Assembly (NCBI RefSeq): GCF_006345805.1
Contig: NC_043020.1
Coordinates: 18,042,001 to 18,106,000, forward strand
DNA: 64,000 bases
Origin: Octopus sinensis
Lineage: Eukaryota
Reading direction: 5' to 3'
Shown here in pieces: positions 13,851 through 26,828 of the stretch (positions are counted from its first letter, which is position 1; each line of letters starts with the position of its first letter). Both the position numbers and the translations under genes were made by a program. Under the pieces are notes generated by a model. The model was given only the letters and a program-made list of their open reading frames with translations, was not told the DNA's origin and searched no databases.

Positions 13851-14246
13851 TCTTTATATATAAAAGTGAAGTTGTGTGTCTGTCTCCTACGATTTAGATT
13901 CCTAACTACTCCTACATTTTGCAGTGCAGTGTAACCAAAAGTGGGTATTTTATAGTTGTGATCCATATCGAGCCCTTCTGGGTATTAGCGCACGTCTACG
14001 ATGAGTCAACGATTTAAAAAAAAATTTACCACAATTTTTTCCCATTTTTAATGCATTTTTTTTGCTATTATATAAGGGAAGTAACTCTCTAAAAATGTAT
14101 TATTAAATCTCAGAACGTAAAAAGCTACAGTAACACCCCCCTTTGTGGTTAGCCATATTGAGATGGCTATTATACTTTACATCTCTAAAAATGCTTATAT
14201 AGTTATTTCCCTTACAAGCCCGAGCAACGCCGGGCGATACTGCTAG
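13851..14246 (+). mobile_element. Non-autonomous Helitron
   Basis: A|TCTTTATATATAAAAG...CTAG|T termini; subterminal hairpin GCCCG-AGCAACGC-CGGGC (14218-14235). Confidence 0.85.
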
Positions 14247-15147
14247 TGTATATATATATATATATACACACACACACATACGTATGCTTATGCCTTCTTA
14301 GATAAGAGAGAACGCACACACACACATACATACGTACATATAGTTAAGTGAGGGTCAGGTAAAATTGTTGTCAAATGCTGTGCAAAGCTTGTCCAGTTAT
14401 TGGCTACCTGATGGATATAGCATGGAACTTGTTTAAAGAGTCATTTATCATGTAAGATAATTGACTGCATAACATCTCACCTATGAACTACGGGTGAGAG
14501 AATGTATCAAAACAATTGTAGTGACTTTGAATAAAGAACCTCATAAATTCTATTTTCTGTCTTTGATCTATATATCATCATCATCATCATTTAACATCTG
14601 TTGCCCATGTTGGCATAGGTTGGATGGTTTGACCAGAGCTGCACTAAGTTCAAGTCTGATTTGGCTGGGCTTCTACGGCTAGATGCTCTTCCTAACACCA
14701 ACCACCTTACAGAGCATGCTGGGGAATTTTGCAGGCCAATCCTCTTCACCAGGGAGGCAAGACTTAACACTTCTGCTGTAGAGTACAGACCTTCTTGAGT
14801 ACATCAAGGCACCAGGAATCTCAGTCCTTTGTCATCTCAACTAGATACACATACATATCATTCACTCATTTATGCCTGTTTGTTTTTATGTTTGCATAGG
14901 TTGGTCAAATATGATATCTGAGGCCTTGTCTTACAGTTGCATGGTCTTTCTGATGCTTATCCATACCTGTTTTTCAAGAAAGTGATCACCAATTCCACAT
15001 GACTTTGATGGCACAAAGTGCCCCACTGGTTTGTTGATAGGTGAAACTGACAACACCACTTCTTTCACTTTCATACACACGTGTGTATATAAAATTATAC
15101 ATATACATACATATATATATATATAATATATATATATATATACACAC

Positions 15148-15185
<38 letters not shown>

Positions 15186-15470
15186 AATTAGAGACAAAAC
15201 CATTCCTCAAGTATGAAAAACAATTTGATGCTACAATGCATCATCAGTCATGGTTTTGTCTCTAATTTATATAATATATTATTTTACTATAAATTGGATT
15301 CAATCCTAAATCTGATTTTTCCCTGTAAGTTTGGATTTATTCCCTAATATTTATTATTATTATATATATATATATATATATATATTTGGGGTACTTAGTT
15401 GTGCTCATGACTTAGTGTTTGCTTCTTCCATGGGTATGAGTAAGTATTTCATTTATTTCTTTTGCCGCAT

Positions 15471-15530
15471 TTATCACTGACGAAGGGAGGGTTCTTATGA
15501 ACTAACCCTGAAATCGGTCCGATATGGTAA
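15471..15530 (+). ncRNA. Type I hammerhead ribozyme motif (minimal, palindromic stem III)
   Basis: Stem I TTATCA/TGGTAA; core CTGACGA; stem II AGGG...CCCT; GAAA; stem III TCGG-T-CCGA; U16.1-H17 = TA, predicted cleavage after A15524. Confidence 0.8.
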
Positions 15531-16045
15531 TAACAGAAATTTTTAGAGATTTCTGTCAACCTTTTTCGAGTAGCCTGCTTATCGTGATAAATTATATGGT
15601 TATGGACAATGTGTCTAATTTCGGCATATTTGGCATTTGAAATTTTTTTCGTTTGCCCTTATTTATAAGTTATATATATATATATATATATATGATGCAC
15701 TTCTTTCAGCTTTCATCAGCCAAACCCACTAAAATAGGTGCCATGCAGTGGGATTGAATCCTAAATGATGTGATAGGGAATACTTACCTTGTATGGAAAA
15801 AGGAAGAACATCCTCCCTTAGAAAATCTGCCTCAGTAAATTGCCTGACACCATGCATGCATGGAAAAGTGGATGCCAAAACAATGCTGCTGATTATATAT
15901 ATATTATATATATATATATATACATATATAAAATGATGACATATATGTGTGTGTATATATAATAATGTGGAAATGGGCAGACTCTTATGGTAAAATCTAT
16001 ATACTGACAGGTTGGATTTGACTCAATTATAAGAAGTATGAAGCA

Positions 16046-16097
16046 GTACTACTGATGAGCTTTAATTTCAAGCGAAATTGGTTTGTCAATTTAGTAC
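16046..16097 (+). ncRNA. Type I hammerhead ribozyme motif (complete three-stem)
   Basis: Stem I GTACTA/TAGTAC; core CTGATGA; stem II GCTT-taatttc-AAGC; GAAA; stem III TTGG-tttg-TCAA; U16.1-H17 = TT, predicted cleavage after 16091. Confidence 0.85.
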
Positions 16098-16551
16098 CTC
16101 CACTTGCTATTGGGTGGTTAACTGCCCTGTCAGTACATAGACTTGTACTACGTGCCTATAAGGGTCTTTGACTCTTACTTCTAGCAATATATGTGCTACA
16201 ATGCATCATCAGTCATGGTTGGTGACAATTGAATCCTTCCTTTTTGGTTTTATATATCATTATCATCATCGTTTAAAAACTGCTTTCCATGCTGGCATGC
16301 ATTGGATGGTTTGACTGAGGACTGGCAAGCCAGAAAGTTGCACTAGACTCCCATCTGATCTGGCAAATTTTCAACAGCTGGATGCCCTTCCTAATGCCAA
16401 CCACTATATATATAGTTGAGGTATATTCCATTAAGAACATATTAGAGTACAAAACAGAGCTCATTCCCCCCTTAGAATTACCAGATAGCCAGCAATATTA
16501 TGATATACTACCAATTCTAGGCTTAGGCATTCCTCAAGTGTGAAAAATAAA

Positions 16552-16744
16552 AAGGAAAGAATAAGAGTCAAAAAGAAGAGGGAGTACAATTCAACAGCTG
16601 TTTAATGACCACTGCACATGTATCAATACAGCATAGATCCACATATACATGTGGATCTATGTTGTATCGAAATATGTGTAGTGATCATTAAACAGCTGTT
16701 GAATTGTACTCCCTCTTCCTTTTGACTCCATTTGTTCTTTCCTT
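16552..16744. repeat. Foldback (long imperfect palindrome)
   Basis: Arms gagtcaaaaagaagagggagtacaattcaacagctgtttaatga / tcattaaacagctgttgaattgtactccctcttccttttgactc. Confidence 0.9.
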
Positions 16745-16757
16745 AATATTTTATATA

Positions 16758-16799
<42 letters not shown>

Positions 16800-17086
16800 T
16801 GTACATTTAAACACATGAGAGGAATCCATCATAGGACCCCTGTTAATGGAAATTTCTAATATTTCTGATTACCCTTTGATATTATTAATTATATATATAT
16901 ATATAGATCGTTAGCTACTACACACATTTTTTTTCTCTCCTTGTTTTTTTCTGTGTATCTTTCTGTAGAAGAGCGTAGGCTCGAAATATAAAAGACTTTT
17001 TCTATTCCTGAGCGCTATACTAATACATTTGTTTGTTTGTACACCACCTGTCTTCGTCTTTTGTTTATTTTCGTAAACTTTCCCTT

Positions 17087-17120
<34 letters not shown>

Positions 17121-17123
17121 TAA

Positions 17124-17915
17124 TTTAAAAATTGAGGGAGATAAATTAATATTAATTTTAATATCAATTTAAAACCAGTAGTCCAGCATTCAAAAAATCT
17201 GAGGAGTCAGAGAAAATTCAAATATATGTGTATATTGGCAGGGCTGGCCTGCTAGGTAGCCGGCCAGAATGCTAGAAAAAGATCATCAACGATCAAACTA
17301 CAAGGGAAAATTCTCTAGAGGAAGAATTCAGCGAACACCAGAACCAAATTTGGCGGGCAGGACATATGAAAAATTAAATAAAAAACAGACTTAAATGCAT
17401 ACCTCGGTTTCGGTCTTAACAAAAGAATTACTTGCATAATTCAAGTGTCCGTGACTTCTTCAGTACATTCGGTCCTCGAGATGCAAACCGCAAGACTAAC
17501 CCCAGCTCTCTGTGTCAAGACAGACACGTGCTTAGTCTTACTGATTACATCGGGAATAAAATTTCAAATGTCTTGGCTCTGGCGCGCTAAGAGACTCCTG
17601 AAGCGAAGGGCTGCAGTGAATAATTCACTGCGGGTAATGCTTACAACTAGGGAACGTATTTATTTAAATATTTAAAAATTGAGGGAGATAAATTAATATT
17701 AATTTTAATATCAATTTAAAACCAGTAGTCCAGCATTCAAAAAATCTGAGGAGTCAGAGAAAATTCAAATATATGTGTATATTGGCAGGGCTGGCCTGCT
17801 AGGTAGCCGGCCAGAATGCTAGAAAAAGAATTTTCCCTTGTAGTTTGATCGTTGATCTTTTTCTAGCATTCTGGCCGGCTACCTAGCAGGCCAGCCCTGC
17901 CAATATATACATATA
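17124..17915 (-). mobile_element. Penelope-like element relic: ~158-bp direct repeat (17124-17281, 17671-17828) plus an inverted partial copy (17829-17915)
   Basis: Near-identical direct repeats; the terminal segment is the reverse complement of about 17221-17315; (TA)n flanks; internal hammerhead motif. Confidence 0.6.
17395..17468 (-). ncRNA. Type I hammerhead ribozyme motif inside a Penelope-like repeat
   Basis: Minus strand: ATGTA CTGAAGA AGTC-(37 nt)-GACC GAAA CC-GA-GG TA TGCAT; A.C mismatch at the base of stem II; very short stem III. Confidence 0.7.
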
Positions 17916-19155
17916 TATATATATATACATACACACACATCCATACATTTATGAAATGGGAGATGCAGGGTGTTGTTATCAAGTAAACAATTCAACTTCC
18001 ACATGCATGGTTATGAAGCGAGGAATAAAGATATAAAGTAGAACAGCTCACCAAGTTACACTGAAGCCTCAAGTTTCTTCCCCCATGTTCCCTACAAAAC
18101 AGCAAGCATGCACTTTACGATAGGTTACAGGGCACAATGTTCTGAAGAATAGCAGCCAACACCAAACAGTCCAAGTATATGTAGATATGAAATTACATTT
18201 AGATATATATATTATACATATATATATATATTGAGATATTGTTGGGGAAATTAGACAGAGAAGGTGCTTAGAACAATTTGAAATATCTACAAAATAACAA
18301 GTATAGTAGTGATGGGGTAGGGGTCTGTACATGGTTACGAGACTTGCTAGAAATAGTAACTAAATCTCAAATCAATATTTAATATCTTCGGAAAAAGATC
18401 ATATTGGATAATAAACTAATGGATAAATGGATATGTATAAAGGTGGGATGGCCATGGCTAGAAATGTCTTTGACCATAAGTCTGCATGGAAAGAGTTAAC
18501 CAGGGTATAAACAGTAACAACTAATATAGATTTTTAGCTACTATATGAGTCTCTATTTGATTACTTAACCTGCTAAAAATAGCAGCCATATGTCAAATCA
18601 TACCTTACCATTTGCAGATATGGAAGCAGTTGTGGCTATGCAAAAAGATGACCAAGTTTGGCTGTGTGGTAAAAAGTTTGCTTCCCAACGATGTGGTTCT
18701 GGGTTCAGTTCCACTGCGCAGCACCTTGGGCAAATGTTTTCTACCATAGCCTTGGGCAAACAGAAACTGAAAGCAGCCCATTATACGTATGTGTGTGTGT
18801 GTGTGTGTTTGTTCCCCACCACCATTTGATAACCAGTGTTGGTGTGTTTATATCCCTGTAACTTAGCAATTCAGCAAAAGTGACCGATAGAATAAGTATG
18901 AGGCTTAAAGGAAGAAAAAAGAAAAATATTGGGGCAATTCATTTAATTAAAAATTCTTCAAGGCGGAGCCCCAGGCTAATGACTGAAACAGGTAAAAGAT
19001 AAAAGATTACTGGAATGCAGCTGATCATAGATTTACCTGATCAGGACTGGACCGGGGTTAAACCCCACTACTAATAACAATAACAAGAAAGCTTCACAAA
19101 GCAAAACTCGAGCTTTGGTGTGTTTTACTGCTTTGATCTCTTGTCAGAAGATTCA

Positions 19156-19167
19156 ATGGCAGTTCAG
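19156..19167 (+). CDS. Putative first coding exon (MAVQ) of an unidentified plus-strand gene; exon 19148-19167
   Basis: ctcttgtcag|AAGATTCA ATG GCA GTT CAG|gtgagt; consensus donor, phase 0 joins 22927. Confidence 0.4.
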
Positions 19168-19559
19168 GTGAGTAAAAAGTTATCTGCTCTTGGAGAAAAA
19201 CCAGGTATTAAGACTGGTATAATCTTTTCCGTGCCAGACGAAATGCTCTTTTGCATTCTGAGTTTAGCTTCACTTTTCAAGGTCAGTAAAATAATCATTA
19301 GTTAAGAAAAGGGGCTAAAGTAATGAACTTGCCTTTATCCTTTAAAACTGCTGGCCTTACTCTTTTACTTGTTTCAGTCATGTGACTGTGGCCATGCTGG
19401 AGCACCACCTTTAGTCGAGCAAATCGACCCAAGAACTTATTCTTTGTAAGCCTAGTACATATTCTATTGGTCTCTTTTGCCGAACTGCTAAGTTAAGGGG
19501 ACGTAAACACATCAGCATTGGTTGTCAAGCGATGTTGGGGAGGACACAGACACACAAAC

Positions 19560-19590
<31 letters not shown>

Positions 19591-22500
19591 CGACAGGCTT
19601 CTTTCAGTTTCCGTCTACCAAATCCACTCACAAGGTTCTGGTTGGCCCAAGGCTATAGAAGAAGACATTTACCCAAGGTGCCACACAGTGGGACTGAACC
19701 TGGAACCATGTAGTTCGTAGGCAAGCTACTTACCACACAGCGACTCCTATGCCTTGTGCAAAATTTGAAAGCATTAAGGCAGCAAACTAGCAGAACCATC
19801 AGCCCATTGCACCAAATAGCTAGTGGCAATTTTTTCTGGCTCTTCAAGCTGACAGAATGGTTAGCACCGTGGGCAAAATGCTGAGTGGCATTTCATCTGT
19901 CTTTGCATTCTGAGTTCTGATTCCGCTGAGGTTAACTTTGCTTTTCATCCTTTCGGGGTCGATTAAATAAGTACCAGTTATGCACTGGGGTCGATGAAAT
20001 TGATTTAATCTGTTTGTCCTCTCTGTGTTTAGCCCCTTGTGGATAGTAAAGAAATAGGTATTTCGTCTGCAGTTACGTTCTGAGATCAAATTCCGCTGAG
20101 GTCAACTTTGCCTTTCGTCCTTTCGGTGTCGATAAATTAAGTACCAGTTATGTACTGGAGTTGATGTAATCAACTTAATCCCTTGGTCTGTCCTTCTTTG
20201 TCCCCTCTGTGTTTAGTCCCTTGTGGGCAATAAAGAAATAATAAGCTAAATGATGATGATGATTATTTTGACACATAAAAACTACCAAACAAGCGGATAT
20301 ATTGCTTGCAGATTCAAACATAATATCGCTGTCACCCAAACAGTGCTCCCAACATTGACATTGTCTTTCATCTTTACAGGGTCAATAAAATAAGGTAACA
20401 ATTGAGCAGTGGGGCTGATGTAATCAGCTTCCCACACCCTTTGAAAGTGCTGGCCTTGTACCAAAATTAAAAAGAAATATTGACACTAGCAGAAATAGTA
20501 GCATGCTGAATAAAATGTCTTGTACTGTTTAGATATAAATACAACTAGATGCAGGTATGGCTGTGTGGTATAACATTCACTTAGTAACCATATGGTTTCA
20601 GGTTCCATCACACTGTGTGTCACCTTGGGTAAGTGTATTTTGCTATGACTTTGGGTTGACCTAAGCCTTGGGTGTGAAATATTGAATCCCATTGTGTATC
20701 TCTCTGTCTTTCTGTGTGTGTGTGTTTATTTCCCCAAGTCTTCACACTGACACACTGTTTTGGTGACAGCAATGTCATGTTCACATCTGCAAATCGTATA
20801 TCCTCTTGTTTGGTAGTTTCTATGTGTGAAAATGTTGATGATCATCATTTAGCTTCCACATTCCATGCTGGCATGGGTTCGACAGTCTGAAAGGATCCAA
20901 TAAAGCAGAGGACTGTGTTGACCTCCAACATCTGTCTTAGCCTGGTTTCTATGGTTGGATACCCTTCCTAACACCAACCACTTTACATAGTGCACTGGGT
21001 GCTGTTGTGTCACCAGCACTGGTGAGGTGATCAAGTAGCTCACAAGATAAGACTCCTTGACTGAGTGGAGTGTAGTATTGAGTGAGGTGGCTTATGCCAG
21101 GTGTTGAGAAGCAAGAGTATGATAGAGGAATAAAAATACCTGTCTTGAAAAACAGGCAAACGTTGGTGGTAGGAAGGATAAATAGCCACAAAATGCTGCT
21201 TTTAAGTCTCACCCAAGCCAGACTAGCACAGGAAAAGTGAATGTAAAACAATGATCTTCTCAAAGAGGCGATTTTATCTTTCGTCCTTCTGGGTTTGGTA
21301 AAATAAGTATTGAGAGTTGATGCAGTTGATTATTATAGAGCTTAATTACTCAACCCTTAGTGATGTTAGCTCTAGTAAAGGTATTCAACCTAGGTCCCCT
21401 GTCAGGGTATTAACTTCCTCTCATCAGTCTTAGAGTTCATGAAATGGTCCATGGCCACACCTTCATTGACCAACCTGATGATTAAAGACATTTGACCCAT
21501 GTTTAGACTTCAGTGGTGGATTGAATACATTTCCTGATTCAACACCTCCACTGGGGATGTTGAGTACTTTTAGCAGATTCCCACTGTTGTAAGCATTCAG
21601 GCCAAATTATCGGTTGGAAGATAACATCTTCCTTCCCTCCTTTCCACCCACCACACTTGGAGACTCAGCAAATGGTCTGGCTAAAAGAAAAACAAACTAA
21701 AAAAGACTATCTGGGACTACACCATCCAATGTATCCTTGTAACATTTTATTTGAAGGAGATTTGGCAGCTATTTCTAGCAGTTCAAACAATCGTGTAAAT
21801 TTTCTCATTCTCTTTTTCTCGTGTGCTGTAATATGCCCCATAAAAAGTCAATGATTGTTTAGCTCAGTCCATCTATCTGTAAATGGGTACCATAGTTAGG
21901 AAGTAGAATTGTTGTATTATTATTTCAGTGCCATAGTGAGAGATGAGTGATAAATCTATCTCCTGGATAGGGTCACAGTCTACCACAGGTAATGTCTTGC
22001 TATCTATTCCTGTCAGCTGAACTGAAGAAATAAGATAAAAATTAACTGCAGATTTCAACTCTTTATAAGTAACTCATCCAACACTCTATAGCAGGAGTTG
22101 GAAGCAGAAGTTGGGTCATTTAGGTGTTCTTTGGATCTTGGTCCTTTTCTAAGCATTTTTCCAATTTTATGTATTTGTAGGCCATTGAAGCAGTTGCTGG
22201 CTTTTAGACTTTTATGTTCTGAGTATGAATTTAAATTGCGGCCAGTAGTGGGTCTCTTGTTCAGGGATTTCAGGATTTTAAGGATTGTGTAACCGCCTTT
22301 TAACTACTATTGTTGCCATGTCTACTCTAACTGGAGAAGTAGCACCTGTTAGGGCCCTAACTATGGGTTATGAATAGCATGTAACCATCTGAGCTAGGGT
22401 AGGTTGAATTCATGGATTGCAGCATGGTGGATGTGAACTATTTTGGCAGATGAACTAATATCATTTGACAGACAGCTGATATCACTTCGATGCTGAGAAA

Positions 22501-22926
22501 ATGAACAAACAACAAACAGTCAACTGCCAGGATCAACCAGTTCAGTTACCAGACAACCACTATCAACTGTAGTTGTGAGGTGTAAAGAAGATATATTTCA
22601 GCTAGTGAAAAAATAATGTAACTAAAACCCAAGGTAGAGGTTTATAACACATCTCTCGATCAGGGGCAGCTGGCATGGAGGAGTTGCATTGATCCAGGCA
22701 AGGTAGCCAACCAGATGATGCTGATTGAGCAAGAGATTGTTTATTGGAAATGGAATGGACAATTAGGGATATTTTATATATCTAAGATATAATACATGTG
22801 GGCTACTGGCAAATGGGAGAAATGATCAGATGTTGGCAATTTCAGAAAGAAGCCATTTATCTCTGTACTACAAAATCAAGTGTCCAAACCATTGTAAAGA
22901 AGCCAACAAGGGGAGCTTCTATTTAG

Positions 22927-22991
22927 TTGTTCAATCAGCTAGAAAAAGCAGCTAAAGCTTCTGATATCAAACCATCATGTCTTAAAAAACA
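22927..22991 (+). CDS. Putative exon of unidentified gene: LFNQLEKAAKASDIKPSCLKK(Q)
   Basis: tctatttag|TTG...AAA CA|gtaagt; only frame 0 is open; non-repeat sequence. Confidence 0.5.
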
Positions 22992-23428
22992 GTAAGTGGC
23001 ATTAGATAATGTAATCTTAGATATAATATAGTTGGAAAGAAAAAAAGGTTCTGGTATCCTGAGTTTGAGTTCTCCCAAGAGTATCACAGCTAGGATCCAT
23101 AATAGAATTTGGACCACAGCTTTATTCCAACATCTCTTGTATTATACCCCCACCCCATACCAAAGTGAAGTTCAATATGAAAAGGCTACTAGTTGAAAAG
23201 CAAGGAAGGATTAAGTGCTACCTCCAACCTTAAACACACACACAAAAAGTGATACGTAGTCCAATTTAGGTATACATACAGATAACTGAGAATGATTTGG
23301 TTTTGGCTGCTGCTCTCCTTTTATAACAAAACACAAGCATATACAAAGACATATATATATATATTGCACACACATAGACATCTTAAAAGTAAGTAGACAC
23401 CTCTCATTATATTGTTTCATCTGTACAG

Positions 23429-23484
23429 ATGCTACTCATTAGTACAATGCTCAAGCGAGCTAAAATCACTAAAAACTGCACAAG
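23429..23484 (+). CDS. Putative exon (Q)CYSLVQCSSELKSLKTAQ with a GC donor
   Basis: ttgtttcatctgtacag|A...CAA G|gcatgt; phase 2 to 1 fits the neighbours. Confidence 0.4.
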
Positions 23485-23696
23485 GCATGTCTACTAAATA
23501 CTAGATGAAGTTTTTAAAAAAGTATTTAAATGCCTCAAATTACATTATTTTGCTTCTGGAAATAAATCTTTCAAAACTGATGCTGCCTAAGATGTCCGTG
23601 TATGTGAATATATATATAGACACATATACATACATGTAATAATCAAAAACAGGAGTAAAGTAAAATATGCTTCAAAGAAAATACGTAGATGTATAA

Positions 23697-23900
23697 CCCT
23701 TTAACATTTGAACTACCCATATTTGGCCAAAATATTCTGCTTTATATTCAAACTGGCCAGATCTGGCCTCTCACACCAACCCTACAATGACATTCTAAAA
23801 ATTAACAGTTTCTCATAGCTACAAGATAATGCATGATTAATTCTAAACAATGTGAATAAATAAGCATTATATTTAACAGAGGAATCCGAATGCTAAAGGG
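23697..23900. mobile_element. piggyBac-type MITE, second family (related fragments near 8010, 46370, 50435, 52670, 52860, 60345)
   Basis: ataa|CCCTTTAACATT...GAATGCTAAAGGG|TTAA. Confidence 0.7.
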
Positions 23901-23954
23901 TTAAACAAGTTATTTTGAAGAAATAAATTATCAATCTAAAATTTACTTATTTTT

Positions 23955-24140
23955 GTTGTGTGTGGGGAGAGTCATTCTCTTTTAGTGCCTTATCATTTAA
24001 CACACTCACCGGTAAAATTTCCATTTATTTCTTATTTTTATTTTATTTAGAGAATAAAAATAAGAAATAAGTGGAAATTTTACCGGTGAGTGTGTTAAAT
24101 AATAAGGCACTAAAAGAGAATGACTCTCCCCAGACACAAC
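23955..24140. repeat. Foldback palindrome
   Basis: ggggagagtcattctcttttagtgcctta...ccggtaaaatttcca / tggaaattttaccgg...taaggcactaaaagagaatgactctcccc. Confidence 0.9.
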
Positions 24141-25621
24141 AGAATATGCTTCAACACACGAACTCACATAAAGAATCTTGCAAACCAAATCCCAAAATGA
24201 AATATTACTAATTTGTTTTAGTTTGAAAATATAAGAAAACAAAACATTGGGGTTAAATAAAACCTAATGATGTGGAGGTATTTGGCCTTGTGGTTCAACT
24301 GTTGGATTCTACATTGTAAAATTGAGGGTTCAGTTCCTGTACTAGACAGCATTTTTCTCTTTCCTTCAGTCTGCTCAGCTGAAAATGAGTCGCATCGGCA
24401 TCTGATATGGAGTCATGCCATGTATATTAGCTGGAAAATCTTGCAAATGCAAGATGATAAGGGGTTGTTGATGGTTATGGCACATAGGATCATGATGTGA
24501 TGAATGTCAGCAGGGACAATTTTGCTACGACTAATTGAATCTCTGCATATGTGGGATTACTTTCATCTAACATTGATTTTTTGTTTTCCCCTCATGCTAA
24601 CAAGGATTTGGATGGTGACCTTTTGTGACAAGACTTCACAGCTGGATGCTCTTCCTGCCACCAACCCTTACCATTTTTCAAGTAAAAGATATCTTTAGTC
24701 GACAGGTCTTTGAAAGAGCAGAGTGGTCATAATGTCAACGTCAGTACCAGTTTGCTCAAGCAGTGATGGGCATGGAAAAAAATAAAACACTGACATATAC
24801 TTCTGTGCATGCACACACACACACATATGAAGGCTTCCATTAGTTTCCATTTACCAAATTCCCTTGCATGACAGTCGTCTGCCTGGGACCATAGTAGAAG
24901 TTTACTAAAGGTACTGTGAGGCAGGACTGAACCTTAAACTTGCAAAACAAACTTTTTAACCATACAGCCATGCCTGCACCTAGCATAATCCACACATACC
25001 TGTGCACCCATGTTAATACTTAACTCATTAACGATCATACTCCTAATGAAATACCCTACATCATATATTTCAAATGATTTTGAAAACGAAGAAAAATTTA
25101 GAGGGATTTTGTAAAATACCTCACTTCTCTATTTGCTGATTGTCGTTTCACCCTGGTTCAATCCTAACTGACAAGACCAATGACGAAAAATATTCTGACC
25201 ATGGCCATCCAATCTTTTATCAAAAAAAAAAAGTCTACAAAAATAGTTCTCAATGTTTTCGACTTTGTGACACTTCACATGAAAAGCTTTTTTTTTTAAT
25301 GTTTTAAGTTGTTTTTTCTATTTAATCAGCAGATTTGAAACCAGATTAGATCTTTTTTATTATAACATATGGAATTGGATACAATTTCTAGCAGGTCAAG
25401 CACACCTTGAAGATGCTCTCTCGTTTGTCTTCTTGGATAAAGGTAATTAGTATAATGTGCTGCTGGTCTACTCAGAAACAAAACTAGCTCAACCAGACAA
25501 TCATATTTCTTACAGCAACAGGAGAAACCAATGACTATAACTTGATGTTTGTTCATTTTTTATGCCCATTCCTCCACCAAAGCATGTCAGATAAATATAT
25601 TATCGAAGCATTGTTTTACAG

Positions 25622-25651
25622 TGCTGAATGCTAACCTTAATTTGTTTTCAA
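25622..25651 (+). CDS. Putative 30-nt exon (V)LNANLNLFS
   Basis: ttgttttacag|TG...TCA A|gtaagg; phase 1 to 1. Confidence 0.35.
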
Positions 25652-26269
25652 GTAAGGAATCTTTTTACTCCACACATTTCAGAAAGCATAAAGTCAATGA
25701 ATGACTTGTTGACAGAAGGAAATTGAAGTCACCACTTGTAGTTCAGCTATTTTCAGAGAAGCCCAGAATGTAAGCAAATACACACACACAAATATATCTT
25801 TTCTCTTTTACTTCTTTCAGTCATGTGAATACGGCCATGCTGGAGCACCGCCTTTAGTCGAGCAAATCGACCCCCAGGACTTATTGTTTGTAAGCCTAGT
25901 ACTTATTCTATCGTTCTCTTTTTGCTGAACCGCTAAGTTATGGGGACCTAAACACACCAGCATCGATTGTCAAGCGATGTCGGGGAGACAAACACATACA
26001 TATATACGACGGACTTCTTTCAGTTTCCATCTACCAAATCTACTCACAAGGCTTTGGTCGGCCCGAGGCTAGAGTAGAAGACACTTGCCCAAGGTGCCAT
26101 GCAGTGGGACTGAACCCGGAACCATGTGGTTTGTAAGCAAGCTACTTACCACACAGCCACTCCTGCGCCTTTCTATTTGAAATTCATTTCCACGGCTTTT
26201 GTCAACCAGGAGTTCAAGATGCCATGCGGTGGGAAAGAACTCTAAATCACACAGAGATTCTCTGTATAG

Positions 26270-26335
26270 AAGACAGTAATGCTCAAAAGATTCAAACTTG
26301 GACTCTGATGTCTCGACAGGGGATTATTCCACAAG
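26270..26335 (+). CDS. Putative exon DSNAQKIQTWTLMSRQGIIPQ
   Basis: ttctctgtatag|AA...CAA G|gtaaag; only phase 1 is open; phase 1 to 1. Confidence 0.5.
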
Positions 26336-26422
26336 GTAAAGAAAGGCTATAAGAGGGATCAAGTTGAGCAGGTGTAGAGGCAATTATGTGGATAAACAAA
26401 TTAAATGCATTAAATACGAAAT

Positions 26423-26640
26423 ATGTATACATGCAAAACAGGAGAAAGGAAATGGTGGAAACTTTCAGATGAATTTTTAACTATATAGATTTTTATATTA
26501 ATTAGTCCAACTTACAAACAGCAGAATTAAAGGGATGTTATTTCTACTCTGTGCAAGTTGGACTTAATAATATAAATATCTATATATTTATACATAAAAA
26601 TTCATCACCTGAAAGTTTCCACCTTTTGCGTGTATACATA
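26423..26640. repeat. Decayed foldback palindrome
   Basis: ggtggaaactttcag/ctgaaagtttccacc and agtccaactt/aagttggact arms. Confidence 0.75.
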
Positions 26641-26661
26641 TTTTTTTTATGTACATAATTG

Positions 26662-26728
<67 letters not shown>

Positions 26729-26828
26729 TTATCAATATAAGGGTAGCAAAAAATTCAAGAGAAATTTTTTCGCCACCAGCAGTCTAGTGAGAAAGAAAAA
26801 ATAGTCAACAGACTATATAATGTACATT

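Noticed and set aside
14480-14486. Possible 7-nt minus-strand microexon (cccgtag|TTCATAG|gtgaga)
   Set aside because: No flanking exons to test phase; could be chance.
16963-16990. Hammerhead-like CTGTAGA-A-GAGC-gtag-GCTC-GAAA
   Set aside because: Core A6 is replaced and stems I/III do not close; treated as a decayed relative.
23211-23240. GTTGGAGGT (VGG) as the missing REV3 EIGGR exon
   Set aside because: Stops within a few codons in the VGG frame, and the phase-compatible frame is also closed and non-homologous.
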